64,000 nt of DNA from Vicugna vicugna (taxonomy: Eukaryota): contig MU058584.1 of assembly GCA_013265495.1 (NCBI GenBank), positions 1,834,616-1,898,615 on the forward strand, read 5' to 3'. Under the pieces are notes generated by a model. It saw only the letters and a program-made list of their open reading frames with translations. It was not told where the DNA came from and did not search any database. Numbering within the stretch: the stretch's first letter is position 1; every line of letters starts with the position of its first letter. The position numbers and the translations under genes were made by a program. Shown here piece after piece: positions 1 through 12,574 of the stretch.

Positions 1-285
1 GTTTGTCAATATCATAAATGTGGATAAAATCTTGAAGAAAAGGAACTTATAACAGGTACCTTTGGAACAGAATGGGAGGTTCTCCACATGCACCCCCTGC
101 TAAGAAAGGTAAGAAAAATCCCTCTGGGATGTAATTCAAAAATCCCAAAAGAGCTAAGGGTCACTGTGAGGCTCCTGGGTTGCCGAGGAGCAGATGGCAA
201 GTGCTGGACAGAATCCAAGGAGAATAAGAGATCGAGAAATTGGGCAAGACGAGAGTTCTGCAGGAAAAAAAAAAAAAACTGTCTC

Positions 286-1004
286 CTTTTATACAGTCCC
301 AGCAGTCAGCTAACAATTGCATAGATTTTCTGCATTACAGAAGTGACCCTTTTTCACTGAAAAATCTATTCATTTTGCAAAAAAGCAAGAAATCACTTTC
401 TGATACTTTTAGCTGGGAGACCGAGAATTTACGTTTGCTATTCAGGCAAATCTCTCTCCTTTATTCTCCTTCACCTTCTCTGTTTATCTTATTACAGTTG
501 TGCACCAACTCTTTCTTATGTCTCCCCCTTTTCATTCATCCTACCCCTTTCTTGTCCCGTCTATTATTCTCTCATTGTTATAAAAGCAAGATGATCTCCG
601 GTGGGGGAGAGGGGGGCGGGAGGAAAGTGACAGAACAAATGAAGCACAAACAGCTCCCTTAGAAAGGTCAGAAGGAGTTTTAAGTAGAAATGTCATTGTT
701 ATTCTGTCACAAAAATAATAGAGCTAAACTGCGTGCACGAGGGGTGGCTTCTACTTTTCTGGAGCAGGAAATGATGAAATGCTCTTTTCTGAGGTTTGAC
801 TTTTAATCCAGAGTTGTGTTAAAAAAAAAAAAAAGTCTTAATCCGTCTGTTAATTTCCCCACACACCGCCCCACAAGCTTCCATTCGCATGGACAACCCC
901 AGGATGGGACAGATGCGGCAAGTATCTGGAGTGCTTTGCATTCATCTTTCTCCCGGCGATTAGAAGAATCTCTGATGGACTCAGACTAACTGTGCTGATT
1001 GGCG
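286..1004. promoter_or_regulatory. Candidate promoter region with divergent TATA boxes, GC box and CCAAT box
   Basis: TATAAAAG on the - strand at 286-293 and on the + strand at 579-586; GC box GGGGCGGGA at ~613-621; CACACCGCCCC at ~862-872; CTGATTGG (reverse-complement CCAATCAG, NF-Y) at ~995-1002. No recognisable TE here. Motif evidence only. Confidence 0.3.
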
Positions 1005-1608
1005 ATGGGGCCCAAGGCCAGAAGAGCATTAAGCACATGTACTAGTTGTCCCCTCTCTGCCAGAATCTGACATATCCAAGGCTTATAATCCATTAGCATC
1101 CCTCTTTCTTTCCTTCCTTCTCATAATACAGTAGGGACCAAAAAGAGTTAATCAGTGGAAGACAAGAAGCTAATAAGATGAAGCAGTCAAAGAGAATAGG
1201 TCTTTTTAATCCTCAGCAGCAGTGTCCAAGGTCTGAACCTATTCAGCCCTCAGGAGTGAGCCCTTTACAAATAGCCTACACAATGAAAAAAAAAAAAAAA
1301 GTCCCTAAGAAGATGCTTGGTAAAGCCATCTAGCAATGACACTTTATTTCCATGCCATTCTTAATTTTTCTTTTCAGAACAGGTTCTCAGACTACTTTAT
1401 TTCACCTTCACAGGAACTTCAAGAGGTTGGGCAAGTGTGTTTAACCCCATTTGGTAAACAAGGAAGAAGCGCGAGGTGAAGGGGGACGAGGTAAATGTCC
1501 TGGCGTTAGTTGGCTTGAGAACATAGTGGGAACATCAGATCCAGTGGCTGGTGTCAGTAGAAGGTCTGCAGCATTGCCTTAGCACCTCACCTGAAGTCCC
1601 GTTAGACC

Positions 1609-1649
1609 TGTGCGTCTGTGTGTCTGTGTGTCTGTGTGTGCGTGTGTGT
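1609..1649. repeat. Imperfect (TG)n/(TGTGTC)n microsatellite
   Basis: tgtgcgtctgtgtgtctgtgtgtctgtgtgtgcgtgtgtgt seen directly. Confidence 0.85.
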
Positions 1650-3916
1650 AGGGATGTGCTTTGCATATCAAAAAAACGAGTGATACTTGTCATTTTATGG
1701 TGATCTAGAAAAAAAACACATTTCCCCCATATCCAGCTCCAGAATTAAGTAACTCCTTTGATCTCTCACCTTTAATTATTGAATCTTTGTATCAACTCCA
1801 CCCTTGCAGTCACTTTGACAGCAAATGCTGGGTTTGTGTTCCCAGTTGCCATCGGAGACAAAGCCACTCCGTCTGGAGGATGACTCTCATAACGTTATTT
1901 TTTAACTCCATCTCATAAAGCCTGTTCTGTATAAATATATTTTAATTAATTAATAAACAGGATATAATGAATTCTGGCAGGGTGACATTTGAGCACAAAG
2001 CAAAGGGTTTAAACAGATCCTGACGTGTGTTAGCCAGGAAAACATCCCACACATGCACACACACACGGATACGCACATGCACTCACATTTACAAAAGGTC
2101 TTTTTATTCATTGGAGAGATTATGCAATAAGGAGCTTCAGAAGGTTAATTTGACATTTGAGGGGAAGTGAGCAAGACATACAGAGGTACAGGAGAGGCAA
2201 ATGGCCCAAAACAGGTGGCTAGTCATCGACGGTGATGCATTTATATTTTAGAAGTAAAAACACTGGACAACAGTAGAACTGGTTCTTTCTAAAAAGCTTT
2301 AAAATGTCTCATAAATAAGTCCTTTTGTTGAGAGAGCAGTTTTACTGTTTCTTGCCGTAATGTTCTCTAGTAAATTCCGTCTTGCTATGCGGGGAAGTGA
2401 ACAGGGGGAGTGAGTTGACACACAGGTACATTCAATAAATATTAGTTGTATCATTGTTTGAATCAGCATTTCCTATAACACAGCTACCTTGATTTGGAAG
2501 ATTTTGAATATCCTCACTGCAATAATCCTTGTCCTTAGGAGACATATGTCTGGAATATTCTGGACACAGAACTGGAAAATCAACTCAATATTGGTTAATC
2601 CCTTCTGAATAAAACTTAGAGAAGAAAGCTACTTTTATGATTGGAGAACTTTCTTTATTGCTTCTCTATGCCTTTAAAAGTTTACTTTCCATAAAAGAAA
2701 CTCTGTCATGTTTTAAAATACATTTCAGGTATTCCTCTATTTCAGCTTGTAACAATATACACTACAATTACGATTCCTTCTTTCCCCATCTATAATCTGA
2801 GCTGCTCTATTGAAAAGATTGCATCTTATTCATTTTGTATACTTAACTCTCTGAATACAGAATATGTTTATCAAATGAATGAACCCTCAATTGTATTCTT
2901 CATGTTGGTATAATTATCTGCATTTTTGCAATCTATTTTCTATCATTGTTTAAGAAGCCTTTTAAAAATATTGTCAATCGTGAGCAAAATTCACAAATGA
3001 GTGATGTGTCTTGAGTTCCTCCCATTTGCCTTTCTCTTCCTACCCCACAGGCTGTTATCTAACCTTGCTCCTTCCATCACCTAAGTGCCAAAAGCATTAG
3101 CAATGCTGCCCTTCAGCCATAAAAATGCTTCTCGGGGCTTCATGCTATGTCAGTTCCTGACCACTAACATCACCAGCACCAGAAGCAACCCGGGGGTGTG
3201 AGTAAAGGCAGGTCACTTTCCCTCTGAACCTCAGCTCTCCCACCTATGAAATATAAAAGTAAAAAGACCTACTCCTGTTGCCAAGAGTAATATTCTTCCG
3301 AATTGGACCACACAAACCCCTTGGATGTCCTAGCAGAAAAAATTGGGGCCACCAATCTGACCATGATCTGGTTTTACCTTTTTGCATATTGAAAATCGTA
3401 CAGTGGAAAAAGCTTACTGATACCAGTACTATTAATGATCTTCTGTAGCCAACTTTACTTACATGGAATTTACAGACTGCAACCCACTATCTGTTCCAAA
3501 ATCTCAATTTCAGACAGATTTGTTGAGTGCTTAAGAGAATGTCCACCACATAGTAAGCATGAGATAGTGTCGATTAGATACAATAAATTGTAAAATTCTC
3601 AAATAGCCTATATTCAGACATTCATGCGAATTAATATTTATGAGAAAAGTTGCCAGACCACAGTACAGAACACTTGGAAAACAGAAAAAGGAAGGAAAAT
3701 TACATAATATCACCACCATTAGCATTTTGCTAAATTATCTTCCAATACTTTTCATAGATGTTGTAGAGAGAGAGGTCAAGAATGTTATTACCGTCACAGT
3801 CAACGTTTTTTGAACACGTTGTGCTTTACAGTGATTACGTCATATAATTCTCACAATAATTCCCATTTAATTCCTGTCATCTGATTCTAGACCCTGGGTA
3901 ATGCCATCATGATAAC

Positions 3917-4340
3917 TGTGACAGAGACAGCCAGTTTTCTAACAAAAATTTGTGTTTCCTTCCTTCACATGACACTGTTGTTGCAAAACAGCTTTCCTTT
4001 CAGGAAGGCTGCAGTTCCCGCCTGGCAGTGCATACCTGGCAGAGTGTAGTCAGGGCCATGTCAGCTGGTGCTTATGAACAGCTCTGATTGAGAATGATTT
4101 GTGTCACCTCGGGCCTGAACTATTTACGCAGCAGGTCTGGCTTTGCATCTTGCATCGCGTTTCTCAAAGCTACAGGTAAAAGACTCCAAGATGGTGGAGC
4201 CACAGGGTCCCTGAATCACCTGGAAAGTTCCCCTGCACACATCGGTGTTGAGCTGTTTGCATCGTACACCGTGATAGATAACCTTTTATTATAAAATCAC
4301 TGAAATTTCAGAGTGAGTTACCTTACACAGTACCTTAATA
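3917..4340 (+). mobile_element. MaLR solo LTR (MLT1-type), old
   Basis: Starts TGTGACAG; contains tgtgtcacctcgggcctga and caagatggtggagccacagggtccctgaatcac; ends with an MLT1-like 3' end (aaccttttattataaaatcactgaaatttc...taata). Confidence 0.65.
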
Positions 4341-4399
4341 ATGCATTAATACTACATAGCAACTTGCTAGAGGATATAATTGAAATCGTACTGATGTTC

Positions 4400-4950
4400 A
4401 AGTTCTCAAATTACTTTTAAAATCTTATATCATTTTATAAACAATTCCCCTATGATGCGGCATAATTTCTATCCATGTAAATACTTGCAAAATAGTAAGA
4501 TATTTCACAGGTTTATAATAATTTCTTGTTATTAGATTTCTGTTATTTACTTTTGCCAACAACAAAGAAATAATGGATTGTTTAACACCTTCCTTATACA
4601 TAACGTTTCCTACATGAGAATTAGGTCATTGTAAAATACCCCTTCCAAATGACTTACTGTCCCAAAGTGTGTAAGTATTAATGTATGCAAATTCATTAAC
4701 AAAATAATTTTACCAATGCCCTACCGAATAACAATTTACCAGAGTGGCGTTTTATCATAACTTACAAGGAATGAATAATCTTTTGAAAAAAAATTTTCAG
4801 GTTTAATAAATAAAAATGTTTTGCTATTTTGATTTGATTTACTGTCCCTACCAGGGGCTGCATTTTCTTTCTTACAGAATGTATTTCTATATGTTCTACT
4901 GGTTACATGGTGAATATACTTAGCATCTGTAATTTCTTATGAACCTTAAC
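4400..4950 (-). mobile_element. Highly diverged L1 (L1ME-like) fragment
   Basis: T-rich degenerate sequence resembling an antisense ancient L1 3' region (aattttcaggtttaataaataaaaatgttttgctattttgatttg). Confidence 0.4.
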
Positions 4951-7134
4951 TAGACAAAAAAATATGTTGATAAACTTGATTTCAGTAGAAGACTCAATTA
5001 GCAAAAGAAATCAACTATATAGTTATGTGTTTGGAGGGCATTATGAAATCTATAGGCAAAAAACCAGAAAGTCTTATTTTGGCATGATTGGGAAAAGACA
5101 GATGGAAATAGTGAAATTAGAAGGGGCCCTTGGTGTGGAGCTAGGGACTCCAAAATAAGACTTGACAATGTCTTTCCAGGATTTGTGCAAGAGGTTAGGT
5201 GAGACGGAGCATTTTGAAGAGTCCTCCAGTGCCACTACCTAGAAAGCCAGCTGATATACCCAATGTGCCCACTATCTCTTCAGCTGACTGAAGGGAACTG
5301 GGCAGGAAGCTGAGAGTTCTGGGAAAAAGCACTCTGTTCCCACACTGGGACCTAACAAATCCTCGCAGCTGACATGCAGCTTCTTACTTCAGACTGGGCA
5401 GTCGAGACAGAAAACTCAAGAAAGACCTGGTATTTTCATCTAGTGAAAAAGACAAAAACTAATGTAATAGGGAGGCAGAAAAAAAGTCATGCCGGTACCA
5501 CTAAATTTGATTTTATGTGACCTCACTGGTGTCTACACACAAGAGAAAACCAAAGAATGAGAAAATTAGATGGTTCAAACCAAAACATCAGACACACCTC
5601 CTCTCACCTGCATTGCTTTAATAAATGTTTTATTGCAGCCTGGTTTGTTCCAATAATTGTCATATTTCCTCACCTCCTTTGGCTGCGTGGACACAATCAT
5701 AGGTATGAAGTCGCTTTTTCAAAGTGCAGGGAGGGAGGTGGGGGCAGCACTGCATCCTGCATGTCACAGCCGTGCTCCCCACCCCCAACAGGTCCCATTA
5801 GAAGACACCGCAATGGCAGTTCAAATTAACTTAGGTCAACCGGTTGCCTAGCAGTAAGAACTAACCTTAACATCAATCTGAATATAAATCCTAGTTGATA
5901 TTTATTTCAAGCTTGAACGACTACGATTTATTAGTTTATTTCAGGGGTCTTCAGTGGCCTTTGTGTCTCCTTTGGTAGGAGGGACAGAAATTGTCCTGTA
6001 GGTCATTAGTGACAACCGCTCTTTCCCAAATATTAAGCTAAACCTTCTAGAAACCCTAATGTAATTCTTGCCCAGCATGATTGTTCAGGTAAAGAAGCTC
6101 TGATGGTTTAATTTCAGTTAAGACCCTCAAAGGACGTAGTGCTAGTCTACGAGCCTCTGAAACTGAAAATTGTTAAAATCATGGGGAAGGGTGTTCATTT
6201 CAGTTAATCACAAGTGATTCAAGGACTTTAAACCCAAATCAAATTGCTCAGACTTGATATTTCTACTAATTCTACTGCCTATCATTTTGAATCACTTAGA
6301 AATAGTAAAGGAAGAAAACAACCAAATGACTTGCACTTATTACAAATTTTTCACATAAATATGAATGACCAGCTGACGAGTCATTGATTTTCTAGCCTTG
6401 CCCATCTTGCCCCAAAACAACTAACTTAAGGTAAAAACAGATAAACCCAGGCTACAGGCATTATAACATTAAATGTCATTAGAAACTTATTTATCAGAAA
6501 GAAAAAGAAATACTCCTAAATCATTCCCCTTGGTAGATTTTATCTGAGATTTAAAAATGTATACATTTGTTGTAAGTTTCAAAATCTGCGAAATCCATCA
6601 TAGCAAAGACACTATCGTTGTGGCTTGCTCCTAGAATACAGGGGTCGGTGTGCTTTTTGGCTTGTGATGTGTATGCAATAATCATTTGCTGAATTTAAAA
6701 TGTTACTGATATTTGGGTGCTCCTTCGAGTTTCAAATAGAACCATAAATCTCTAGGGTTCTTGAGGCTGGATTATATTTTATACTGCAACAATTCTGTAG
6801 CAAATTTCCAAACTACGTTAAGACTTCACCAACTGATATGTAATGAACATACTTTCTTGCATGAAAATGTGCACAGAAAAACATGTCACATCTCAGAGTG
6901 TCAAAGGGCTTTTTGACATCAATTTATCCCCTGAGCGTGTTTTTTTTTGTATTTTTTAGAAACTCAAACTCAAACCAAAGATTTGATACATTGGAATTAA
7001 AGGGGAAAGCTCTGTGTGTGAATTCAATGCAAAGACACAGAGGAAAAACCTATCCATTCAAATCAGTAAATATTTATTTATTATAAAAGGTAATAACGTT
7101 TTCTTTCATGGTGGGGTTTAGAAATAAGATTGAA

Positions 7135-7293
7135 CTTAGACTGTGAGACAAACCTACAACTGAAACTCAACTCTTTTGCTTATTTCAAGTTATCTACTCT
7201 CTTGGGAACTCTGTTTCTTTACCTACAAAATTAGTATACCAATCTCTATTTTACCTGGTTGTCATGAGAATAAAATTAAACAATGTATATAAA
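7135..7293 (+). mobile_element. MIR SINE, interrupted by L1MC
   Basis: ctctgtttctttacctacaaaatt...ggttgtcatgagaataaaattaaacaatgtatataaa matches the MIR core and 3' part. Confidence 0.65.
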
Positions 7294-7296
7294 CAA

Positions 7297-7596
7297 GGGA
7301 ATTTTAGGACAATGAAATTATTCTGTATGATACTACAGTGGCAGCATGTCACTATGCATTAGTCACAACCCATAGAACGTACAACATCAAGAGAAAACCC
7401 TAATGTAAACCATGGACTTTGGTTGATAATAATGTGTCCATGTTGGTTCATCAATTGTACCAAATATGCCACACTGATGAGGGATGTTGAGGGTAGGGGA
7501 ATATATATGTGTGGGTGGGGAGGGCTATGTGGGAACTCCGTATTTTCTGCTCAATTCTGTTGTGAACCTGAAACTGCTCTAAAAGAATAAAGATAT
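7297..7596 (+). mobile_element. L1MC-type 3' UTR fragment
   Basis: ttctgtatgatactacagtgg...acccatagaacgtacaacatcaagagaaaaccctaatgtaaaccatggactttgg...gtgaacctgaaactgctctaaaagaataaag is typical of the L1MC1/2 3' end. Confidence 0.85.
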
Positions 7597-8744
7597 ACAT
7601 ATATTTCACTAATATTGTGTTTATCAAGTAGAAGCATTTTACCATTGAACACTATATCTTGAAATGCTCAGGCAGAGTTCAGTACAAGTGCAGTTAACGA
7701 CATCAACTCTCAAGTTCCCACCACCCTTAGAAGTAAATTAAGAATGAAAGTTCAGCTGAATTCCCCCATGTAGACCTGATCATCTATCAGTCACATTTAT
7801 CCCATCAACTTTGAAATGGCCCTTGAGATTTCAGGTTGGAAGTAAAAAGTCCAGATCTTAAACTATATTCTTCATGTTAACTTCTTCTTTTAAATAAATC
7901 TAAATACTATTACAAACCCAAAATAAAATATACATATTATAGCATAAAATTGTCGTGAAAAATATAAAACGTTTTTGTTAATTTTTAATTTCAAGATAAT
8001 TCCTCAATGGGAAAATTCAGGTTATGATGATGCTTCTGGCCCTACGCCAAGATAATCAGAAAACCATGATATGGTTGGAACAAAAAGGAAAGTATTATTT
8101 GCCACAAGGGATCTGCACAAAAGATATTCTGCTCCCCATTCCACAGATGTGGAATCTGGGGAGCGGTTACTAGCATTCTGTAGCATGTTGCCAATTGTTT
8201 TGATAGTCTGTGTAAAGAATGTTGATGCTTACAGGTGTGTGCATGACAGATACAGAAATGTTAGCCGCCAGAAAGTACCTTGCTGTGGAATAAATCTGTG
8301 ATCACTTTTCGGTCTGCTCTAGACAGACCAAGATAGGGTGCCCCGCTCCCCGTTTCTTCATGCTTGTGTAACCATCCAGAAAGATCACGATCACATCGCC
8401 TACCATTCATTAGACCCAGTTTTCTTCCCTGTTAAACTGCAGCCTGCAATCCTATGCAGCTTCACGAGGGTCAGTCTGCTGTCATTTTTAACACACATTA
8501 AGTCAGGATGTTGGGAATTCTAGCTCTGCCAGTCAAGCAATAGGAAGGGTCAGGATATGGCCACCTGCCTATTCCCTCATGCCCTCATCCACATCACAGA
8601 CTGTGACACTGATCTCTAAAGCTGGTCTCAACTCACCACAAAGAAATGTTTCTTATATTTTCTTAGCCAGTGCGATTCTCGCTGGGTGAATTTCAAGCTT
8701 CATCTGCTATTAGAGCCAACACAGTTGTTACTGGGAGAGTTTTT

Positions 8745-8941
8745 TGTTTGTTTGTTTGTTTTTAACATTTTTTATTGATTTATAACCATTTTGCAATGTT
8801 GTGTCAAATTCCAGCATAGAGCACAATTTCTCAGTTATACGTGAACATATATATATTCATTGTCACATTTATTTTTCTCCGTGAGCTACCATAAGATCTT
8901 GTATATATTTCTTTGTGCTATACGGTATGATCTTGTTTTTC
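8745..8941 (-). mobile_element. Young 5'-truncated L1 3' end (camelid/artiodactyl type) with TSD
   Basis: (TTTG)n tail, then ttttattgatttataaccattttgcaatgttgtgtcaaattccagcatagagc...gtgctatac; flanked by near-identical tgggagagtttttt (~8732) and tgggagggtttttt (~8943). Confidence 0.85.
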
Positions 8942-9914
8942 TTGGGAGGGTTTTTTGGACTCAGTTTTTTTTGTTGTTGTGGACCTTTGGAATGACAGAG
9001 AGGGTTGAGGTTTAGGCCCTTGCACAAGATGATGGGCAGAGGACGGAAATGAAGATGGTGCAGAATCCAATCTCGGTCTTTTCTTCTTTGAGAGGGCGAC
9101 TATTTCCCATCTACCTCTTGAGTGATTAATAATACAGTGACTGATTCTTCTTCCCCCAGAGGGTTATTGTCATCCTTGGTGGAGTTTGACATGTTACTCC
9201 TTAAGGAAACACACCCTTAGGTGGGGAGACACCAAGAGACAGATTTCATTATTAAAAGAAGATGTCACCAAAAGAGAGAGTGCACAGATATGCATGGCCA
9301 AGAAATAATCAACATACCAAAGGGACAGGCACAACAAGGCAGAAGGAAATGAGAGCAGAGGGGAAGGGAAGAATAGGAGAAGGAGGGAAAAATGGACAAG
9401 GAGAGGGAGGAGGGGATGTATCACTTGGAGCACAATGCAGAGAGAAGACAATAATACCAGATTCTTAGCTGTCAGGGTACATTTCAGGACACTCAGCCAT
9501 CTTGCTCCTACTGAGTATGGGAACAGGGCTTACATTTATATTATTTATAGGTAAGTGTGAGCCTCAAACAACTGTACTGTCAGGGCCAGTTTGAAAGGAA
9601 AATAATAGATAAAATAGTTTGGGGTGCCAGGTTGTGTCAATTTAATTTGCAACTTTTAAGTGGTTAAAAAAAAATAATAACGGTACATGGTAAGCTTGAG
9701 TCCACAACGCTGACAGCAATTCACAAAGGCGAGCAGCTGGGCAATGGGAGGTGGGGTGTTTCAGGAGGCTGCGGACGAGGGCACCAGTGGGGGCTTCACA
9801 ACAATGATTCACGTTGATCTTCTTTGCCCTCAAGTGGCTGTATTAGATCAGGTCCCCAAATCCCCATCGCATCTGAACTGAAATGTATAATTACACAAAT
9901 GTTGCCACTGTGTC

Positions 9915-11250
9915 TTATTTATCCATACGTCTAATATTTATTGAAGTCTTTGCCCTCACTAAACTTCCTCTTGCAGGAAAGTCATAAATTAAATAAGATA
10001 AATAAATACTATATACAATATTAGACAGTGATTAGCACTTAGCAGATAAATAAAGCAAAGAATGGAGCTAGGAAATGTTGAGAATGATGGTAAAAAGACC
10101 TAAAAAAACCCAAAAAAGCAAACTATGTGCATTTCTGATTCAAGAGAAAATGAGAGAAGTGAAATTAGAAACAGCAACGATACAAACTCTTAAGAGTTTT
10201 ATCATAAGGGGAAAAAATGTTTTTAAGTGATATCTGGAAAGAGGAGCTGAGAGAGTTATCAGTTTGCTTTTGTTTTTCCTTGCTCTGATTTTTTTTTTAA
10301 TGATGGAGAAATAGCAGCATATTCTTGAATAGGAGACATGGGATGAGACCTGATGGACAGATGGAGGGGCTGGCCTTACGCAGGAACAGGGGCAGTTCAG
10401 GGAACTGACAGTTCACAGGTACAGTTGCTGGAAGGGATGCAGATGTGATTGTTAACAGGTTACAAAAAGGTTTTGCAGCGAAACAGAAAACAAATCCATC
10501 AGCTGAAAGTGAAGAGTGTATGAAGGTATTAGAGATTTCAGGAGAGAGAATCCAGGAAACAGTGTTCTAAAATAACTAAAAATGATTGGACACAAAAAAA
10601 AAATACGAGTTCTAGATAGCATTAGAGGCCCATTTGAGGTAAAGATTATGGCTTTAAAGTGAGCGCAGTCAGCATGGTTGTGTGTTTTCCTCCAGCCATT
10701 TCAGTTGGAAGTGAGTGGGCACAGTGTATAATGAGGGTTGAATTACTCAGAGTTGTGGTTTAGCCAAAGAAATACAGTAAAGTCAAGACAAGTGCAAGGG
10801 AGCGGAAAGTATATTCAAGGGAGTGATTATAATAATTAACTGGAGAATTGAAGCTGGGTAGGAAGGTAAGTAAGTAAGATTACAAGGGACCATGGGGATG
10901 TATCCGCACCAATGGATTATGTATCTCAACTGGGTTTAATACTCGTGAAACTTGAAGAATCCAAAGGAAGAGGGGGAGCAAGAAAGACAGAAACAAAGAA
11001 TGGAGTATGTCGCATTGAGACTGTGGAAGTGTTACAGTTATTGGTAATGGCAAGATCTAGGGCAAGACCATAGAAGTAAACAGCTCAAGGAAGACAGAAT
11101 AAGAATGTCGAGAGAAAGGAGGACACAGACTGAAACGCCACGGTATTAGAAAAGATGTCAGTATGTTGCACTGAAACCACCAGGAAGTATGAAGTAGTGC
11201 TTCAGTGAGTGACAATAACATAGGAGCAAAAATATCAAGGAGGGAGCATT
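9915..11250 (-). mobile_element. L2 LINE fragment (antisense)
   Basis: Begins with the antisense L2 3' end (aatatttattgaag) and continues as purine-rich L2-like blocks (gaagtgaaattagaaacagcaacgatacaaactcttaagagtttt; tgatggagaaatagcagcat). Confidence 0.65.
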
Positions 11251-11289
11251 TATTCAAAAAAATTAAACAATAGCAAATAGGAGACTTTA

Positions 11290-11455
11290 TTGGGACCGTC
11301 TCGTGTCAATGCTGATTTCGTCTGGAAGGTTGTATTGTGGTTGTGTTAGAAAGGGTCTTTGTTTTAGGAGAAATACATATTAGAGGACTTAGGCATGATG
11401 GAGCATTGTGTCTGTAACTTGTTCTTACGAGGTTAAGAAAAATAATAAAAATAAC
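11290..11455 (+). mobile_element. L1ME 3' UTR, left part (split by an LTR)
   Basis: tgtcaatgctgatttc...ttgtattgtggttgtgttagaaagggtctttgttttaggagaaatacatatt...tgtgtctgtaactt resembles the L1ME 3' UTR. Confidence 0.7.
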
Positions 11456-11456
11456 T

Positions 11457-12182
11457 TGTCATCAGTGTGTTGCCTCTCAACTCCAAATTCATATTTTATT
11501 GCCTTCTCTACAGAAGTGGATCTGGGCCTTTTAATTTTTTTCTTTGCCAGCTGGTAGCAAGCTCTATCAGTAAAGAGAGCTAAAGATATTGGAAAGATAT
11601 TGCAGGAGGAAGGGATTTTGTTTCCTGGTTCCACTGTGCTCGTTTGGCATGCTTCTGCAGAGCAGGTGGCTTCCCCAGGGCCTGGTTCTTACAACACACC
11701 CAGCTTCCCAAGCACGCAGCTGCTGCAGCCCAGACAGCTTCCCCCGTGCTTGGTTCCTGCAGCTTCTCCAGCATCTGCTTTCTACAGTGCATGGTGGCCA
11801 AAGCACCCAGTGCCCAAAGTATCCACCTGCAATCAACGGTACACCTCCCCATGAACAGCTTTCCCAGGCTCACTGGAGGGTGGATTTCCAGTTAAGTTGC
11901 ATCAGCACAGAACTACAAGTTCAAGTGAACCACAGTCATGCCCTCTTCAGCCAGACTTAGATTTCAGCTCTGGAGAGATTCTTTCCTGGACACTTTACTT
12001 CAGCCCTAAGGGTAATGACTGCTCTTTAGAGCTGCCCTTCCCATATTATTTAGAGTTCTCTACTTTTTACTAGCTCATTTCTCATTTACGCAGTCCCCAG
12101 TAACGCAAATTCTTTACATTAAACTTTCCACCTTCAAATTACTATGTAGTTCTCAACCCTAAACAGATCTTGAATAATAACA
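11457..12182 (+). mobile_element. ERVL solo LTR (LTR33/LTR41-like)
   Basis: 5' tgtcatcagtgtgttgcctctcaactccaaa...tctttgccagctgg...ggaggaagg and 3' attaaactttccaccttcaaattac...ttgaataataaca fit recalled LTR33-family termini (TG...CA); inserted into the L1ME. Confidence 0.7.
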
Positions 12183-12330
12183 TATACATTTGGATATGTA
12201 GAGAGCAGTGTCTATAGAAAGAGAGACTGTAGAGATGGTACTGGAGCAAATGTGGTAAAATGTTAACAACTGAAGAATGTGTAAAGACAACATGGACATT
12301 TTTTGTACTATTCTTGTAGCTTTTTTAAAT
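12183..12330 (+). mobile_element. L1ME 3' UTR, right part
   Basis: gagcaaatgtggtaaaatgttaacaactgaagaat...ttttgtactattcttgtagctttt is the characteristic L1ME terminal segment. Confidence 0.75.
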
Positions 12331-12574
12331 AACGTCTTAATTTAACTCCTGGTGTTCTGAAATTTCATGATGCTGTGCCTTGGTACTATTTGAATGACTT
12401 TTGCTATAAAATTAAATAAAATAAAAAATGTGCAGTTTTGATAAGATACCTGTTTTAATCAAATGGATAACTTTAATACATAAAAATAGAATCTTACTTC
12501 TGTACCATTTCAGTATTACCTGATTCTATGCTGATTTAAAAAAAAAAAAAAAAAGTGTTTCTTTTCGTTTTAAA
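12273..12574 (+). repeat. Direct duplication, copy 1 (~302 bp)
   Basis: Colinear with 13235-13536 at a constant 962 bp offset; 6 mismatches by manual comparison. Confidence 0.97.

Noticed and set aside
240..662. 140-aa ORF (and other 100-163 aa ORFs at 46061, 53992, 56444, 59738)
   Set aside because: Low-complexity or random composition, some running through homopolymers, microsatellites or MIRs; often non-ATG starts; no recognisable domain
11425..11960. Cluster of six overlapping ORFs on both strands
   Set aside because: They lie within a GC-richer old ERVL LTR and show no recognisable protein similarity
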